DNA of 64,000 nt. It comes from Azolla caroliniana (taxonomy: Eukaryota; Plantae; Polypodiophyta). The stretch lies in NCBI GenBank assembly GCA_043228905.1, contig JBHGNT010000017.1:14880001-14944000 (forward strand), written 5' to 3'. Within the stretch, counting starts at the first letter, position 1. Each line of letters starts with the position of its first letter. The translations under genes were made by a program, and so were the position numbers. Of the stretch, positions 34,657-46,766 are shown piece after piece. A model generated the notes under the pieces. The model saw only the letters and a program-made list of their open reading frames with translations. It was not told the DNA's origin and searched no databases.

Positions 34657-37600
34657 AAGAGGCACACAATGTAACCATTTTTATTCAAAATAGTTACAAT
34701 ACAATGGAGGCAACAACCCTCTAACAATAGCAACAACAACAAACTAGGTTACAAAGCCCAATATATACTATCTGGGCTAGGTCAACTGCCCTTCGACATA
34801 TTTACATAATTGTCCTAAATCTAGTTTGTCCAAGATGTTGAGAAATCGATGCGGAATAGATCACAATAAACCAACTACGCGCTAAAATACGAATCACAGA
34901 AAATGGCAGAAAAAAAACAAGACAAACAAATGTACACAGAGATTTACGTGGAAACCCTAAAACGGGGAAAACCACGGGTGAACAAAACTTCACTATACAA
35001 ATAGTGGATATACACCACCGAGAAGGTTACAACACTCTGTCGAGTGTATCAGCCGCACAGGGCTCTTTGCGTCAGCTGTTACACACACAACTATGGCGCG
35101 GCTCACACTTCTTCTCTCACACACTCACTCTCGTTCTACGCTGTTCATTACAGTTAAAGTTTTCCCTAGTTGCATAAATACTTATGCAACTTTCCGATTA
35201 TTTACATACGTAGCCCTCATGGGGCGCACACTTAGACTATTTACAAAATATAGTCTCCCGAGTTCCTCATCAACTCGGCTCCTGTTTTCCGACTCTTCGA
35301 CTGTCGGCTTTCCGAACAGTCGGATCATCCTCCCACTGGAGGGACATATTCCCAACAAACTTCCCCTTCACTCCTGTGGGAGGAAATCTGCCAGTCCTGT
35401 ATTTTGTCGACAGACTCTGAGTCTGTCCATAGGTAGGTTCTTCGTCAACATGTCGGATCCATTGTCGTCAGTATGGATCTTTTTAGGAGCAAATTCTCCT
35501 TCTTCGACTCTCTCCCGCAACCAGTGATACCTTCTTTGTATGTGCTTGGTTCGGGAGTGATATGCTTCGTTCTTGGCTAGGTGTATGGCACTTTGGCTAT
35601 CACAATGAAGCAAGAACTCCTTTTGCTTCATGCCTAATTTCGTGAGAAAATTTCTCATCCAGATCAACTCTTTTCCAACTTCTACCGCTGCCATATACTT
35701 TGCCTCTGTAGTCGACAAGGCTACAAACTTCTATAGTTGTGACTGTCACGACACTGCTGCCCCTGCATAGGTCATCACATACCTTGACGTGGATTGGCTT
35801 GAGTCGATATCTCCAGACATGTCCGAATCGGTAAAACCTTCCAGCACAGGTTTTCCGACACCATACGTTAGGCACACACTTGAGTGCCCTTTAAGTACCT
35901 GAGTATCCACTTCACTGTTGCCTAGTGTTCTCTCCCTGGATTATTCATATATCGGCTTACTGCTCCCACAACAAATGCTATATCTAGTCTCGTGCAGACC
36001 ATAGCATACATTAGACTGCCGACGACTGAGGCATATGGTACCTTCCTCATCTCAGCCTTCTCCTTCTGTCCCTTCGGCAACACAGAGCTGACTGGCTTTG
36101 CATTCGACATATTGAACCTCTCTAGGATCTTCGTCACATACTTCTGCTGTGACAACCATAGCACCTTCCGAGCTCTGTCTCGGGTTATGTGCATTCCTAA
36201 GATTTGCTTTGCCGGTCCAAGGTCTTTCATGGCAAATGATTTGCCGAGAACTTTCTTCAAGCTTCCAGTCTTCCTTGTGTCTTGACCGACTAACAACATA
36301 TCATCAACATATAGCAAGAGAATCAAGAAATCTCCTTCCTCGTACCTTTTGACGAACACACAATCATCGGCCTGTGTTTTCTAGAACCGATGTTCCATCA
36401 TGAAGGACTCAAACTTCTTGTACCATTGGCATGGTGCTTGTTTTAGTCCGTACAAGCTTTTCCTCAGTCGACACACCAGATTCTCTTTCCCTTTCTCCTC
36501 AAAGCCTTCGGGTTGATGCATGTAGATCTCTTCGTCTAACTCCCCGTGCATAAATGCGGTTTTGACATCCAACTATTCGATCTCCAGATCCATGTTAGCC
36601 GTTATGCTCAGAACAGTTCGTATGGATGTCATCTTCACGATTGGTGCGAATATTTCATCAAAGTCGACGCCCTTCCTCTATTGGAAACCCTTCACCACTA
36701 TGCGGGCTTTATACCTGGGCTCGTTGTCGACTTCTCCAGTCTTTGTCGAATAAGAGTGTATAATGGCCGTATTCACACTGTTCCTTTGTATAGCCCAAGT
36801 TTGGGTTATTTCTGTAAATAGCATTAAGGGCAGTTGCCCTAGGATAGTCACTATATAAAGTGACTTTGTAACCCTTAGTGAGGGTGTGGTGGTCATTTGT
36901 AACTGTTGCTATTAAGAAATAAAGCGTTTGTTTGTGCCGATCTCTCTCTCTCTCTCTCTTTGTATCTTGTTCATTCTCATACACAGGTCCTTCAACATCA
37001 CAGATGTTGTTTGTTCTTCCGCACTGACGACCTTATCCCCATAATTTGGTATCAGAGCGTGGGAGGTTCTTCAACCCGCTGCCGGCCGTCATAGTACACC
37101 ACACAACATTCTATTTCTGTTTTTCTTGAAGAATAGAGAAGAGAGAAGACAAACAAGAAGTCTGCATCTCACTGTGTTAAATCACTAATTGGAGTAAGCT
37201 AGCCGGATGTACTCTGTTCCTGTGATTGTAACCACTTGAGATTGGTCTCCAGGAAACAACCAAATTCGTGCTTCATTTGGCTGATCGACATTCGGGAGGA
37301 TCAGTTGGATCCGTCCCTCTCATCGATGCAGTCATCCGAAGCAGAATTGGCCTAAACAAGTATTCGGCATACAATCGGAAGCTAACCGGAGTCACTCCAA
37401 GAAGGTTCAGCAAACAAGTATCCGAAACCAAACCGACTCAGGTTCAAGACCGACTAGAACGATATCGGGTGAGCCGACCGGTTGCACCCCACTAAGGTTC
37501 CTAGTCAACTCTGAACAAAGTCTTACCAACCGAAACCGAATCAGATGGCATCAACATCCGGCTCATCGGAGATGATTCTAAGGAGGTTCGACGGTTCGAA

Positions 37601-39634
37601 CTTCAACTTCTGGAAGGAACAAATGCAAGACTACCTCATAGTCAAGGGTCAGATAGACCTGATTGAGAATGAAAATTCTCCAGAAGCATACAAGGCAAAC
37701 AAGTGGTAAACCTGGACAGAATCGTCTGCGCCTCGATTCGGATGCACTTGTCAGAGTTAGTGTACTTCACAGTGCAATCATGCTCGACAACTTTTGAACT
37801 TTGGAAAACACTGTCGGAAACTTATGAAAAGAAGGTCGCCGCAACGAAGATGTATTTGATCCGGCGCCTCTACAACTTGCGGATGAAAGAATCCGATTCG
37901 GTTTAGGCATACTCAACGAGTATGAAAGCCTAAGCTCCCAAATATCATCTCAGGGGACGGCAATAGAGGATGAACTCAAAGCAATGATACTCGTGAGTAG
38001 TCTCCCCTCTTCTTGGGAAACTTTCGTCACAACCGTGTGCAATGATTCAACAACTGCCGTTAAGTACTCCGAAATCACGAGCACAATCTTGACTGAAGCA
38101 GCTCAGACAAAGTCTTTTGCCAAAGACTTGGCAGATGAAGCTTACATAGGGGGGTGTGCATAGCATAAGTGCGCTCCCGATGGCGATATCTGATGTGTCC
38201 ACGAAGACGTGAAAAAGTTCCGACCATATCGGGGGTTGTACAACTGGGGCCTGCGAGAGCATTAATTTTAAAGCTTGGTAAGCCTCGTCCTCGATTGAAG
38301 TCCATTGAAAGGGATGTCGATGCACCGCCGCGTGTAGTGGTGTCGCGAAATCAGCCAAGTGGTGTATCATCCGACTGTGCCATCTGATTTGTCCCAGAAA
38401 TCGGCTGAGGGCCTTTGCGTTCGAGGGTGCGGGGGCGTTTAGGATGGCTTGTACTTTATCTGGGTCCATGGCGATACCTTCTTGACTGATGATGTGCCCG
38501 AGTAGGTTGCCGCTTGTGACCAAGAACGCACATTTTTCTGGGTTTAAACTTAACCGAGCCTGGTGACATCGATCAAGACAGAGACGTAACTGGGTCATGT
38601 GTTCTAGTCACTGGCCATACACGGCGAAGTCGTTGAGAGAGACTTGCATGAACTTCGGGATATACTCGTTAAAAATTTCGGTGATGATGCGCTTGAACAT
38701 AGCTGGCACCGTTTTCAAACCGAACATCATTACTTCGGCCACGAAAACACCCCATTCCGTGACAAATGTTGTTTTCTCCTGATCATCCGGGTGCATTCTG
38801 ATTTGGTTGTAACCACTGAACCCGTCTAGAAAGTTGTAGCATTTGTGACCTGCCACCGTGTCGAGAACGCTATCCGTGAACGGGAGAGGGAATCCATCCG
38901 TGACCGTTGCAGCATTAAGCTTGCGGTAGTCGACGCAAACTCGGATTTTCCCGTTTTCCTTGGGGATGACTACGATTGGGCTTAACCATGTGGCGCGTTT
39001 TATAGGTCGTATGAACCCTACGCAGAGGAGCTTGTCTATTTCTTCCTTGACCTTAGCCGCATAATTGGGGTTCATCCAGTAGCGTCTTTGCTGAACCGGC
39101 CGAGCGTCAGGGAGAAGATGGATCTGGTGTTGGTAGTATTGAGGGTCCAAACTATTCATATCCATGTAAGACCTGTTACCGGCCGGCAAGGAGTCCAAAA
39201 TACGGAGTGAAGGAATTAATTAAGTATGGTTGTTAATAAGCATAGTGTGGACGGACGGACTGGAAACGGTATGCCGTTCCAGATCCGGACGGATCCCGAA
39301 TGGGTGCGATAGGCACCGTTTTGTACTACGGGCCGGAAACCTATTTAAAGGCCCGGACCCCATTGTAATCGCAGCGGATAATTAATAGAGCATATGGTGT
39401 TTATACTTCTGTGTTGATTTCCGTTCTGTACTTACTGTTATATCTTACGCGTGTAATTAACAAAAGCGATCTAATCGTGTAACCTACTTAAGTCGGTGTA
39501 ATCGTTGAATCTTAATCCTATGCCGTAACCACCCTTTGGTGAAGTGTCTCCGTGACACCTTGTGTTAGGCCTTGTCTGGTCAGAGAATAACACAGTTTTG
39601 GCGACCACGATGGGATTTAGGGTTTAAAGAGTAC

Positions 39635-42600
39635 TGCTATTACTGCAGGCAGGAAGGCCACTACAGTAACCAGTGCCCGGCAAAGAGCTACGATAAACGA
39701 CCAGCAGTTAATATGGTGGTTCCGGAAGTGGCGGATATACAGCAAGTAACCACACGGTCGAAAGGCAGGGCCAAAGAGTGGGAAACACAAGAGGCCATAC
39801 GAAAACAGGCGACGGAATGGGTGAAGGAAGCCAATGAAAGGAACGTCGCGGACGCGGAACGGCAAAAGGCGAATACCATAAGGAGTGCCGGCGGTAGCCA
39901 CCTAGAAAACGAGACATGGCAAGCACTGCAAGAATGTCAGATCACGTTGCCATTAGGAAGACTCTTGCAGCTCGTGCCGCGATTTACGGAAGGACTAAAA
40001 ACGGGCATGACAGACGGTATAGCCCCACCGACACCAGTCCTCTTCTCGAATCCGGAGGAGGGACCGACGGTGGTGGACACTAGTAGTCCGGTGATTACAG
40101 CTATTGTCAAAGGGCACGAACTTCCCGGCACAGTAATCGATGGAGGTTCCGGGGTGAACGTAATAAGCCTCCACACGTGTGATGCCTTGGGTATACATGA
40201 ATGGGAGCCATGTCCGTTCTGGCTACGGATGGCGGATACGAGCTCTGTACGGCCGACGGGCTTAATACGGAAATTGGAAGTCACCATAGGAGGTCACACA
40301 TTTCACATCTCGGCTGTAGTGCTGCAGCTACAGGCGCAAGGCGCGTACCCACTGTTGTTGGGCAAACCATGGTTGAAAACAACACACATCAAGCAAAATT
40401 GGCGGAAAAATATGATTACCTTCCGGCGCGGAAAAGCCAAGGTCCGGGTACCGACACAACCACGGACGAGCAACGGTAAGGAATGCACACCGCTATATGC
40501 GGAATGCGTGAACATGCTTGAAGGGTTGGCAGACGACGAAGAAGCCCAGTACTTGGAGGAACACCCGAAGATCGTACCACTCTTCGAGATTGATGTAGCT
40601 GAAGCCGTAGCGCCATACTTGCCGCAGCGGGACGAAACCGAAGCCGAACCAGACAAAGATTCGATTCGGGAATTACGGCAAGCACAGGAAGCGTTGGAAC
40701 GGGAAATGGCCGTTTCCCAACGGGTAAAAACATCCCAGCTCGACGAAGTGAACCTAGGAAGCAAGGACGAATCAAAGCCGGTACACATCGCCAAAGAAAT
40801 GAAGCCGGAAGATAAAGCGGCGATGATCAAACTTCTCACGGAGTTTCGCGACGTATTCGCCTGGTCATACGAAGACATGCGAGGGCTGGACCCTCAATTA
40901 TATCAGCATCAGATCCACTTAGGCAAGGACGCGAAACCAGTGGCGCAAAGACGTTACCGAATGAACCCCAACTACGCCGCCAAAGTGAAGGAGGAAATCG
41001 ACAAACTCCTAAGAGTGGGCTTCATCCGGCCGGTAAAGAAAGCGACGTGGCTGAGCCCCATCGTCGTCGTTCCAAAGAAGAACGGTAAAATCCGCGTGTG
41101 TGTAGATTACAGGAAACTAAATGCAGCCACAATCACGGATGCATTCCCTCTTCCGTTCACGGATGGAGTACTGGATGCCGTCGCCGGCCATGAAGTTTAT
41201 AGTTTTTTAGACGGGTTCAGCGGATACAATCAAATCCGGATGCACCCCGACGACCAGGAGAAGACAGCGTTCGTCACCGAATGGGGGGTGTTTGTGGCCG
41301 AAGTAATGATGTTCGGCCTAAAAACGGCGCCAGCAACTTTCCAGCGATTCATCATGGAAATCTTCGGCGAATACATTCCTGCCTTCATGCAGGTTTTCCT
41401 GGATGATTTTGCAGTCTATAGCCGGGGAAAAGACCATTTGCAACACCTACGGTTATGCCTTGAAAAGTGTAGGTTATACCGGCTAAGCTTAAACCCAGCA
41501 AAATGCATCTTTGGAGTTTCAAGTGGAATCTTACTGGGACACATTGTAAGTAAGGAGGGCATTGCGGTCGACCCGGACAAAGTAAACGCGATACTAGGGG
41601 CACCGGCGCCGAAAACGGCCAAAGCACTAAGCCGATTCTTAGGACAGATCCGGTGGCACAGCCGGATGCTCCGTCACTTGGCTGACTTGGCTACACCATT
41701 ACACACCGCGGTACATCGGACACCGTTCCAATGGACGGATACGGAGGATAAGGCATACAATGCCCTGAAGGTACTTTTGTCGCAAGCACCCGTCGTGCAA
41801 CCTCCGGATTGGAGCAAGGAATTTCATGTGTTCGTTGACGCTTCCGACATCGCTATCGGCAGCGCATTAATGCAACTTACGGAGCCTAAATGGTACCGGC
41901 CGGTATATTACGCCAGCCGGAAGCTGTCCCAAGCGGAGAAGAACTATTCGACGACGGAACGGGAGGCCCTGGGCATGATCTACAGTGTCACAAAGTTTCG
42001 TCATTACCTATTGGGAAGGAAGTTCTCCTTTCATGTGGATCACTCGGCGCTCCTGTACTTAGTGTCCAAGGCATCCCTGACCGGTAAGTTGGCCCGTTGG
42101 ACCTTGCTGTTGCAGGAGTTCGAATTCGAGATCTTCCACCGGCCCGGTATCCAGCATGCCGTAGCAGACTATCTGAGCCGGTTAGAGTCCGGAGAATCAG
42201 GCGACGGAGTAGCGGATGAATTCCCGGACGCAGAGTTATTCCGTATCACCCCGGAAACGGCAGCGGACGACACGGTGGCATCAGAAGATAGGTGGCTGAC
42301 AAACATGCACCAGTTCCTAAGCACGGGCCTGCCACCGGAGGAAATGAACCGGGACGAGAGGAAACGACTGGCGGTGCAGAGCCGCAATTTTTGTCTGTTA
42401 CGGGACACTCTCTACCACAAGGGAGCAGATGGAATATGGAGACGGGCAGTCCGTAGTGACGAGAAACAAGTAATCTTACGGGAAGCACACTGTGGGGTTG
42501 CCGGAGGACACTATGCCGGGGAAGCAACGGCAAGGAAGGTATGGCAGAGTGGCTTATGGTGGCCCATGACGTTAAAAGACGCCGTCAAGTATGCTAAGGA

Positions 42601-43702
42601 ATGTGACCTATGCCAACGAATGGGCCAGCCTACGGAGCAAGCACGGATGCCACACCAACCGGTACTTCCACTAGAGCCATTCCAGAAGTGGGGGTTGGAT
42701 TTTGTCGGACCGTTCAAGCCACCGGCAATGAGAACAGGAAATCGTTATGTCATCGTGGCAACAGATTATTGCACTAAATGGGTGGAGGCTAAGGCCTTGA
42801 GAGACAACACCGCGTCATCCACAGCAAAATTCCTGTACGAAAACATTTGGTGCCGATATGGATGTCCGATTGAATTAATCAGCGACCAAGGAGGGCACTT
42901 CCTCGGCCAGGTAGTGGAAAGCTTAACAACGTTCTATGCCGTGGTCCATAAACGGAGCACACCGTACTACCCACAAGCGAACGGGTTAGCAGAGTCCACC
43001 AACAAAACGCTACAGAACATTCTCCGCAAAATCTTCAATGAAAACCGGACGGACTGGGATACAAAGCTCAATAGCGCGCTATGGGCGTACCGAACGACAT
43101 ACAAAACAAGTATCCGGACAACGCCGTTCCGGTTAGCGTTCGGCTTAGAGGCGGTCATGCCGGTGGAATTTCAGGTACCAAGCTTACGGATCCAACTACG
43201 GGAACGGCTGAATGAAAAGGAGTCGGAGGAAATGCGGCTAGCAGCACTATGTGAATTGGAGGAGCAACGGCTGGCCAGCATCCTACACATGGAACTAGAG
43301 CAACGACGACGGAAAGCGTTCGTTGACCGTCACCGGAAAGGTAATGAGAAGATGTTCGAAATCGGAAAGCCGGTGCTAGTATTCCAAACAAGGATGGGCA
43401 AGATGCCGGGTAAACTCCGGTGCAGATGGACAGGCCCATATTGGCTGACACGGGAATACAACGGGTCCTATCAGTTAGGGACACTTGCCGGTGAAGTGCT
43501 AGGCAAGTGGGTCAACGGATTTAGACTAAAGCCCTATAAAGGACCGATGCCAAATAACCCGTTTATGCAGCCCACCGGCACTATACCGGGGACGGTACGG
43601 ATGGAAGAAAAAGAGGACGGGGAACCCGTAGCAGAGGCGAAGGAAGACACGGCAACCCGTAAGGAAAACGGTAAGGGTCCGAAGGGACCTACGGATGTGT
43701 AA
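39635..43702 (+). CDS. Zinc knuckle-PR-RT-RNaseH-INT open frame of G (first in-frame ATG at 39713)
   Basis: CYYCRQEGHYSNQC, VIDGGS, FLDDF, VDASD, AH..GGH..CDLC, SDQG and QANGLAE, with no internal stops. Confidence 0.9.
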   Translation, partial: CYYCRQEGHYSNQCPAKSYDKRPAVNMVVPEVADIQQVTTRSKGRAKEWETQEAIRKQATEWVKEANERNVADAERQKANTIRSAGGSHLENETWQALQECQITLPLGRLLQLVPRFTEGLKTGMTDGIAPPTPVLFSNPEEGPTVVDTSSPVITAIVKGHELPGTVIDGGSGVNVISLHTCDALGIHEWEPCPFWLRMADTSSVRPTGLIRKLEVTIGGHTFHISAVVLQLQAQGAYPLLLGKPWLKTTHIKQNWRKNMITFRRGKAKVRVPTQPRTSNGKECTPLYAECVNMLEGLADDEEAQYLEEHPKIVPLFEIDVAEAVAPYLPQRDETEAEPDKDSIRELRQAQEALEREMAVSQRVKTSQLDEVNLGSKDESKPVHIAKEMKPEDKAAMIKLLTEFRDVFAWSYEDMRGLDPQLYQHQIHLGKDAKPVAQRRYRMNPNYAAKVKEEIDKLLRVGFIRPVKKATWLSPIVVVPKKNGKIRVCVDYRKLNAATITDAFPLPFTDGVLDAVAGHEVYSFLDGFSGYNQIRMHPDDQEKTAFVTEWGVFVAEVMMFGLKTAPATFQRFIMEIFGEYIPAFMQVFLDDFAVYSRGKDHLQHLRLCLEKCRLYRLSLNPAKCIFGVSSGILLGHIVSKEGIAVDPDKVNAILGAPAPKTAKALSRFLGQIRWHSRMLRHLADLATPLHTAVHRTPFQWTDTEDKAYNALKVLLSQAPVVQPPDWSKEFHVFVDASDIAIGSALMQLTEPKWYRPVYYASRKLSQAEKNYSTTEREALGMIYSVTKFRHYLLGRKFSFHVDHSALLYLVSKASLTGKLARWTLLLQEFEFEIFHRPGIQHAVADYLSRLESGESGDGVADEFPDAELFRITPETAADDTVASEDRWLTNMHQFLSTGLPPEEMNRDERKRLAVQSRNFCLLRDTLYHKGADGIWRRAVRSDEKQVILREAHCGVAGGHYAGEATARKVWQSGLWWPMTLKDAVKYAKECDLCQRMGQPTEQARMPHQPVLPLEPFQKWGLDFVGPFKPPAMRTGNRYVIVATDYCTKWVEAKALRDNTASSTAKFLYENIWCRYGCPIELISDQGGHFLGQVVESLTTFYAVVHKRSTPYYPQANGLAESTNKTLQNILRKIFNENRTDWDTKLNSALWAYRTTYKTSIRTTPFRLAFGLEAVMPVEFQVPSLRIQLRERLNEKESEEMRLAALCELEEQRLASILHMELEQRRRKAFVDRHRKGNEKMFEIGKPVLVFQTRMGKMPGKLRCRWTGPYWLTREYNGSYQLGTLAGEVLGKWVNGFRLKPYKGPMPNNPFMQPTGTIPGTVRMEEKEDGEPVAEAKEDTATRKENGKGPKGPTDV

Positions 43703-43720
43703 GATCACACACCGTCATTT

Positions 43721-43745
43721 AAAAAAAAAAAAAAAAAAAAAAAAA
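43721..43745 (+). repeat. A25 tract between pol and ORF2
   Basis: Directly visible homopolymer. Confidence 0.9.
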
Positions 43746-44084
43746 CATTAAAAATCGAGGTATGAACGGACGTGAAAGCAAGGAGCGAAAATGTACGTAG
43801 TGGGCATTTAAGAGCCGCCACATTGCTTAATACTATATTGGTACACGACGTGCGCATGCTCGAAAAAGGCGCCAAGACGCACAGAGAAAAAGAAGAACGC
43901 ATGGAGACCTTTTTTTTTTCGCGAGCCAAGAAGCACAGAAGCACCAAGGCAGTGGAAGCTTAGCAAACGCGAACCTGCACTTAGAGAAACCCCACGTTCG
44001 GAACGCTCTCTCTCTCGCTCTCTCTCTCGCTCTCACTCTCATCACAACTCTACCTCGCCATCTTTCCTCGACCTCGAAGCAGAC

Positions 44085-46754
44085 ATGGAACCACAAACGC
44101 TGTCGGAAGCGGCCAGGAAATGGCTCAGGCAACACGGACTGGATGGGTTCCTGACCATCATGGAGGCACCACCGTACAAAGAAGCCGACCGGGTCATCAA
44201 GGAGCTCGACACGGAAGTCATCACCGAGGAAGCGATCCGTGCGCTAATAGGCCTTCCGGAGGGAGGTATTTTTCAGATTGATAACCCAACCTCGGAGCAA
44301 CTCATCCGATATTTCGGTGAGTACTCTGTAGCCGGCAAAGGCTATCGAACGCAGGGCGGCGAAGATCCGCTATTCAGGGAGATAGCTCGAGTGCTCCATG
44401 AGTACGGCCACGTGTACCCCCGACCCCCTGTCATGCCAAAAAATCGGGCAGGGATGATCATAGCCACCTATGAAGGGATCAAGGTGGACTGGCCGGTGTT
44501 GATTGCAGACGGTTTGTGCGCGGCAATCGACATGGTACGAGGAAAGGACGGCAAGGAGGGCCGGAAGCTGTGGCATGCCGTAGCTCAGTGGATAACATTG
44601 CTCGTGCCGCCGGTCGAGACCGTTCAGCCAAAGAAGCGGCCAAGATTATCGGAAGGAAGCACTTCGAAACCCGCGTCCAAACGACAACAGCTGCTGGCAT
44701 CAAAGGCGACGAAAGGGAAGAAACGGCTCCCAGAACCGGAGGAGGTGTCACCGGTGGGACCCGTTAAGATAACCATACGGAGACCAGGACAGAAGGAACC
44801 GGAACCCCTGAGCGCACAGAAACATGCCGTTACCCAGGAAGAGAAAACGGAGGAGCCAGAAGAGCACCTCCAACGACGGTCAAGAAGTAGGACCGCCGGG
44901 ACAGAGGGGGAGCGTTCGGACTCGCAAAAGGAAGAAACGCCCCCAACTCAACCTGAGCAAACCACAAGGGGGGAACCGGAACCGGTGCGTATAGAACCGG
45001 CCTTGTCGACTTCTATACCAGAAGTCAGTCCAACGGCTCCAGAGACGGCGAGAACCGGAACTCAACAGCCGGCGAGCCCAGCCAGCACACACGGCGGCCA
45101 AGGAGTAGAACCAGAACGGCAGATACAGGCACTCAGGCCAGACAATTCCACAGTGAACGAGCCGACCCGACCAGTACAGCAGCAAGGCACCAGTAGCATG
45201 TGGCTACAGTGGGTAGGCGGGCTGATCGCCGGAGCGGTCGAGTACATAGAGGCGGAGGAGAGAGCGCACCATGAACGGTTGCTCGTCACAACCGTGGATC
45301 TAGAGACGGTCCGGTCCAGAATCCGGAGCCTTGAACAAGACTTGGACAGGGTCACAAGGGAAATGGCTCAATTGGCTTTGACAACACAAGTCCAAGCACC
45401 GGTGACTCCGGGCAATGTACAGAATAAAGCGTTAGATCAACCTGTACATAGCAATCAGACCCCGGCAACGGAAACCGTTCCGGAGAGAAATGCGGCACAA
45501 GCCCAAGAGCTTGCGGACTTAAAGGATGAGCTAGCTGCCCAAGAAGCGCTGAGGAGCCGCGAAAGAGAGTTGAAGACGGCAGCGGAGGCAGAACTTAAAA
45601 AGACTGCTGAGAATCTACGCCGGGCCGAGGAGAGCTTACGAAAAGGCCACCAAGCGTACGACCGGCTCAAGGAGGAAAAGGAGAAAATGCTGCAAGAGAA
45701 GGACAGGCTCCGGAGAAACGCCGAAACAGAAGTAGAGCGCCTGAAAGAGGAACTCCGGCAGCTAAAGGACCGGGAGGACCGGAACCATCGCCAGATCAAC
45801 GGCAAGCTCAAACAAAAAACGGAGGAATTTGAGCACTTGCACCGGGAGTATAAACGGTTGCAAATGGAGCACAAGGAACGGACGGATGAGCTCCGGCAAG
45901 CAGTTGATCGGACCGCAACGGCATACGCTAATGAACAAGCGGAAACCAGAAGACGGTTGGAAGAGGCGGAGAAGGTTCGGACAGAGCTCCTCAGGCAACA
46001 GCAGGCGGAAAAAGAAAGAGCGGCGGAGGTACTGCAGAGGCTGCAGACAACATATCAAGGGCAGCTGACGCGCTACAGAGAGCAGGCGGAGGATACGGCT
46101 AATCTCATCAAGCAGTTGAAGGAGGAACGACAAGTTGTGGAAAGTAGAGCGCAAATGGGAGCAAGTCGCATCCAGGATATCATGCGGGCCTGGTTGAACC
46201 AGACCAAGAGCTTGATTGACAACGGTTCCGTCAAATGGTGGACCAAGTGGGCCACGAACGCGGCGGAACTCCAATTGCTCCGGGCCGACGTAGAGAACCG
46301 GCGGAAGGAGGGTGATGATTGCTATATGCTGACTTCCGAAGACTTCACCGGCATAAGAGATGAGCTGGCCGAAGACTTTCAAGCCTTGGCAGAGGACCAA
46401 CTAGGGCAAGTCCGGCAACTTGTAGCTCAGCTGGACGACGACAGGCTGGAGGCACAGATCCAGTTTGAAAGCTACGAGAGGTCCCGGATCCGGGAAGAGA
46501 AAGCACGAGAACCGGTTACGTTCAACCTCAGTGATGAGGAACCGTTACTGGAAGGAGACCGGACCGGAAGCAGTCAGACGGAGATGCCGGAGTCAGAGAA
46601 ACAAACGGAGCAGCCGCCTATAGAGCAGCCGGAGCAGCCTCAGTCCCAACCGCAACCACAGCAGCAGCAGCAAGCACAGCCGCAGCAAGCACAACCGGAA
46701 GAACAAGTGGAAACTCTGGAACAAAGTATTTTGGACAATTTGGGTGAACAATGA
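44085..46754 (+). CDS. Extra ORF2 of G (889 aa): PMD/plant-transposon-protein-like N-terminal domain, disordered linker, long coiled coil, Q/P-rich tail
   Basis: Uninterrupted ORF. Motifs GLDGFL, ITEEAIRALIGLPEGG and GIKVDW. E/R/L/Q-rich heptad region. Confidence 0.8.
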   Translation: MEPQTLSEAARKWLRQHGLDGFLTIMEAPPYKEADRVIKELDTEVITEEAIRALIGLPEGGIFQIDNPTSEQLIRYFGEYSVAGKGYRTQGGEDPLFREIARVLHEYGHVYPRPPVMPKNRAGMIIATYEGIKVDWPVLIADGLCAAIDMVRGKDGKEGRKLWHAVAQWITLLVPPVETVQPKKRPRLSEGSTSKPASKRQQLLASKATKGKKRLPEPEEVSPVGPVKITIRRPGQKEPEPLSAQKHAVTQEEKTEEPEEHLQRRSRSRTAGTEGERSDSQKEETPPTQPEQTTRGEPEPVRIEPALSTSIPEVSPTAPETARTGTQQPASPASTHGGQGVEPERQIQALRPDNSTVNEPTRPVQQQGTSSMWLQWVGGLIAGAVEYIEAEERAHHERLLVTTVDLETVRSRIRSLEQDLDRVTREMAQLALTTQVQAPVTPGNVQNKALDQPVHSNQTPATETVPERNAAQAQELADLKDELAAQEALRSRERELKTAAEAELKKTAENLRRAEESLRKGHQAYDRLKEEKEKMLQEKDRLRRNAETEVERLKEELRQLKDREDRNHRQINGKLKQKTEEFEHLHREYKRLQMEHKERTDELRQAVDRTATAYANEQAETRRRLEEAEKVRTELLRQQQAEKERAAEVLQRLQTTYQGQLTRYREQAEDTANLIKQLKEERQVVESRAQMGASRIQDIMRAWLNQTKSLIDNGSVKWWTKWATNAAELQLLRADVENRRKEGDDCYMLTSEDFTGIRDELAEDFQALAEDQLGQVRQLVAQLDDDRLEAQIQFESYERSRIREEKAREPVTFNLSDEEPLLEGDRTGSSQTEMPESEKQTEQPPIEQPEQPQSQPQPQQQQQAQPQQAQPEEQVETLEQSILDNLGEQ

Positions 46755-46766
46755 AGGGGCCGAGAA

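Noticed and set aside
39610-39629. uORF ATGGGATTTAGGGTTTAA with slippery-looking GGGTTTA/TTTAAAG and a telomere-like TTTAGGG
   Set aside because: The uORF would need a +1 shift, the frame that could slip -1 has a stop just upstream, and a single heptamer is not significant.
45190-45250. Hydrophobic stretch in ORF2 as an envelope transmembrane helix
   Set aside because: MWLQWVGGLIAGAV is short and there is no signal peptide, so an env call is unsupported.
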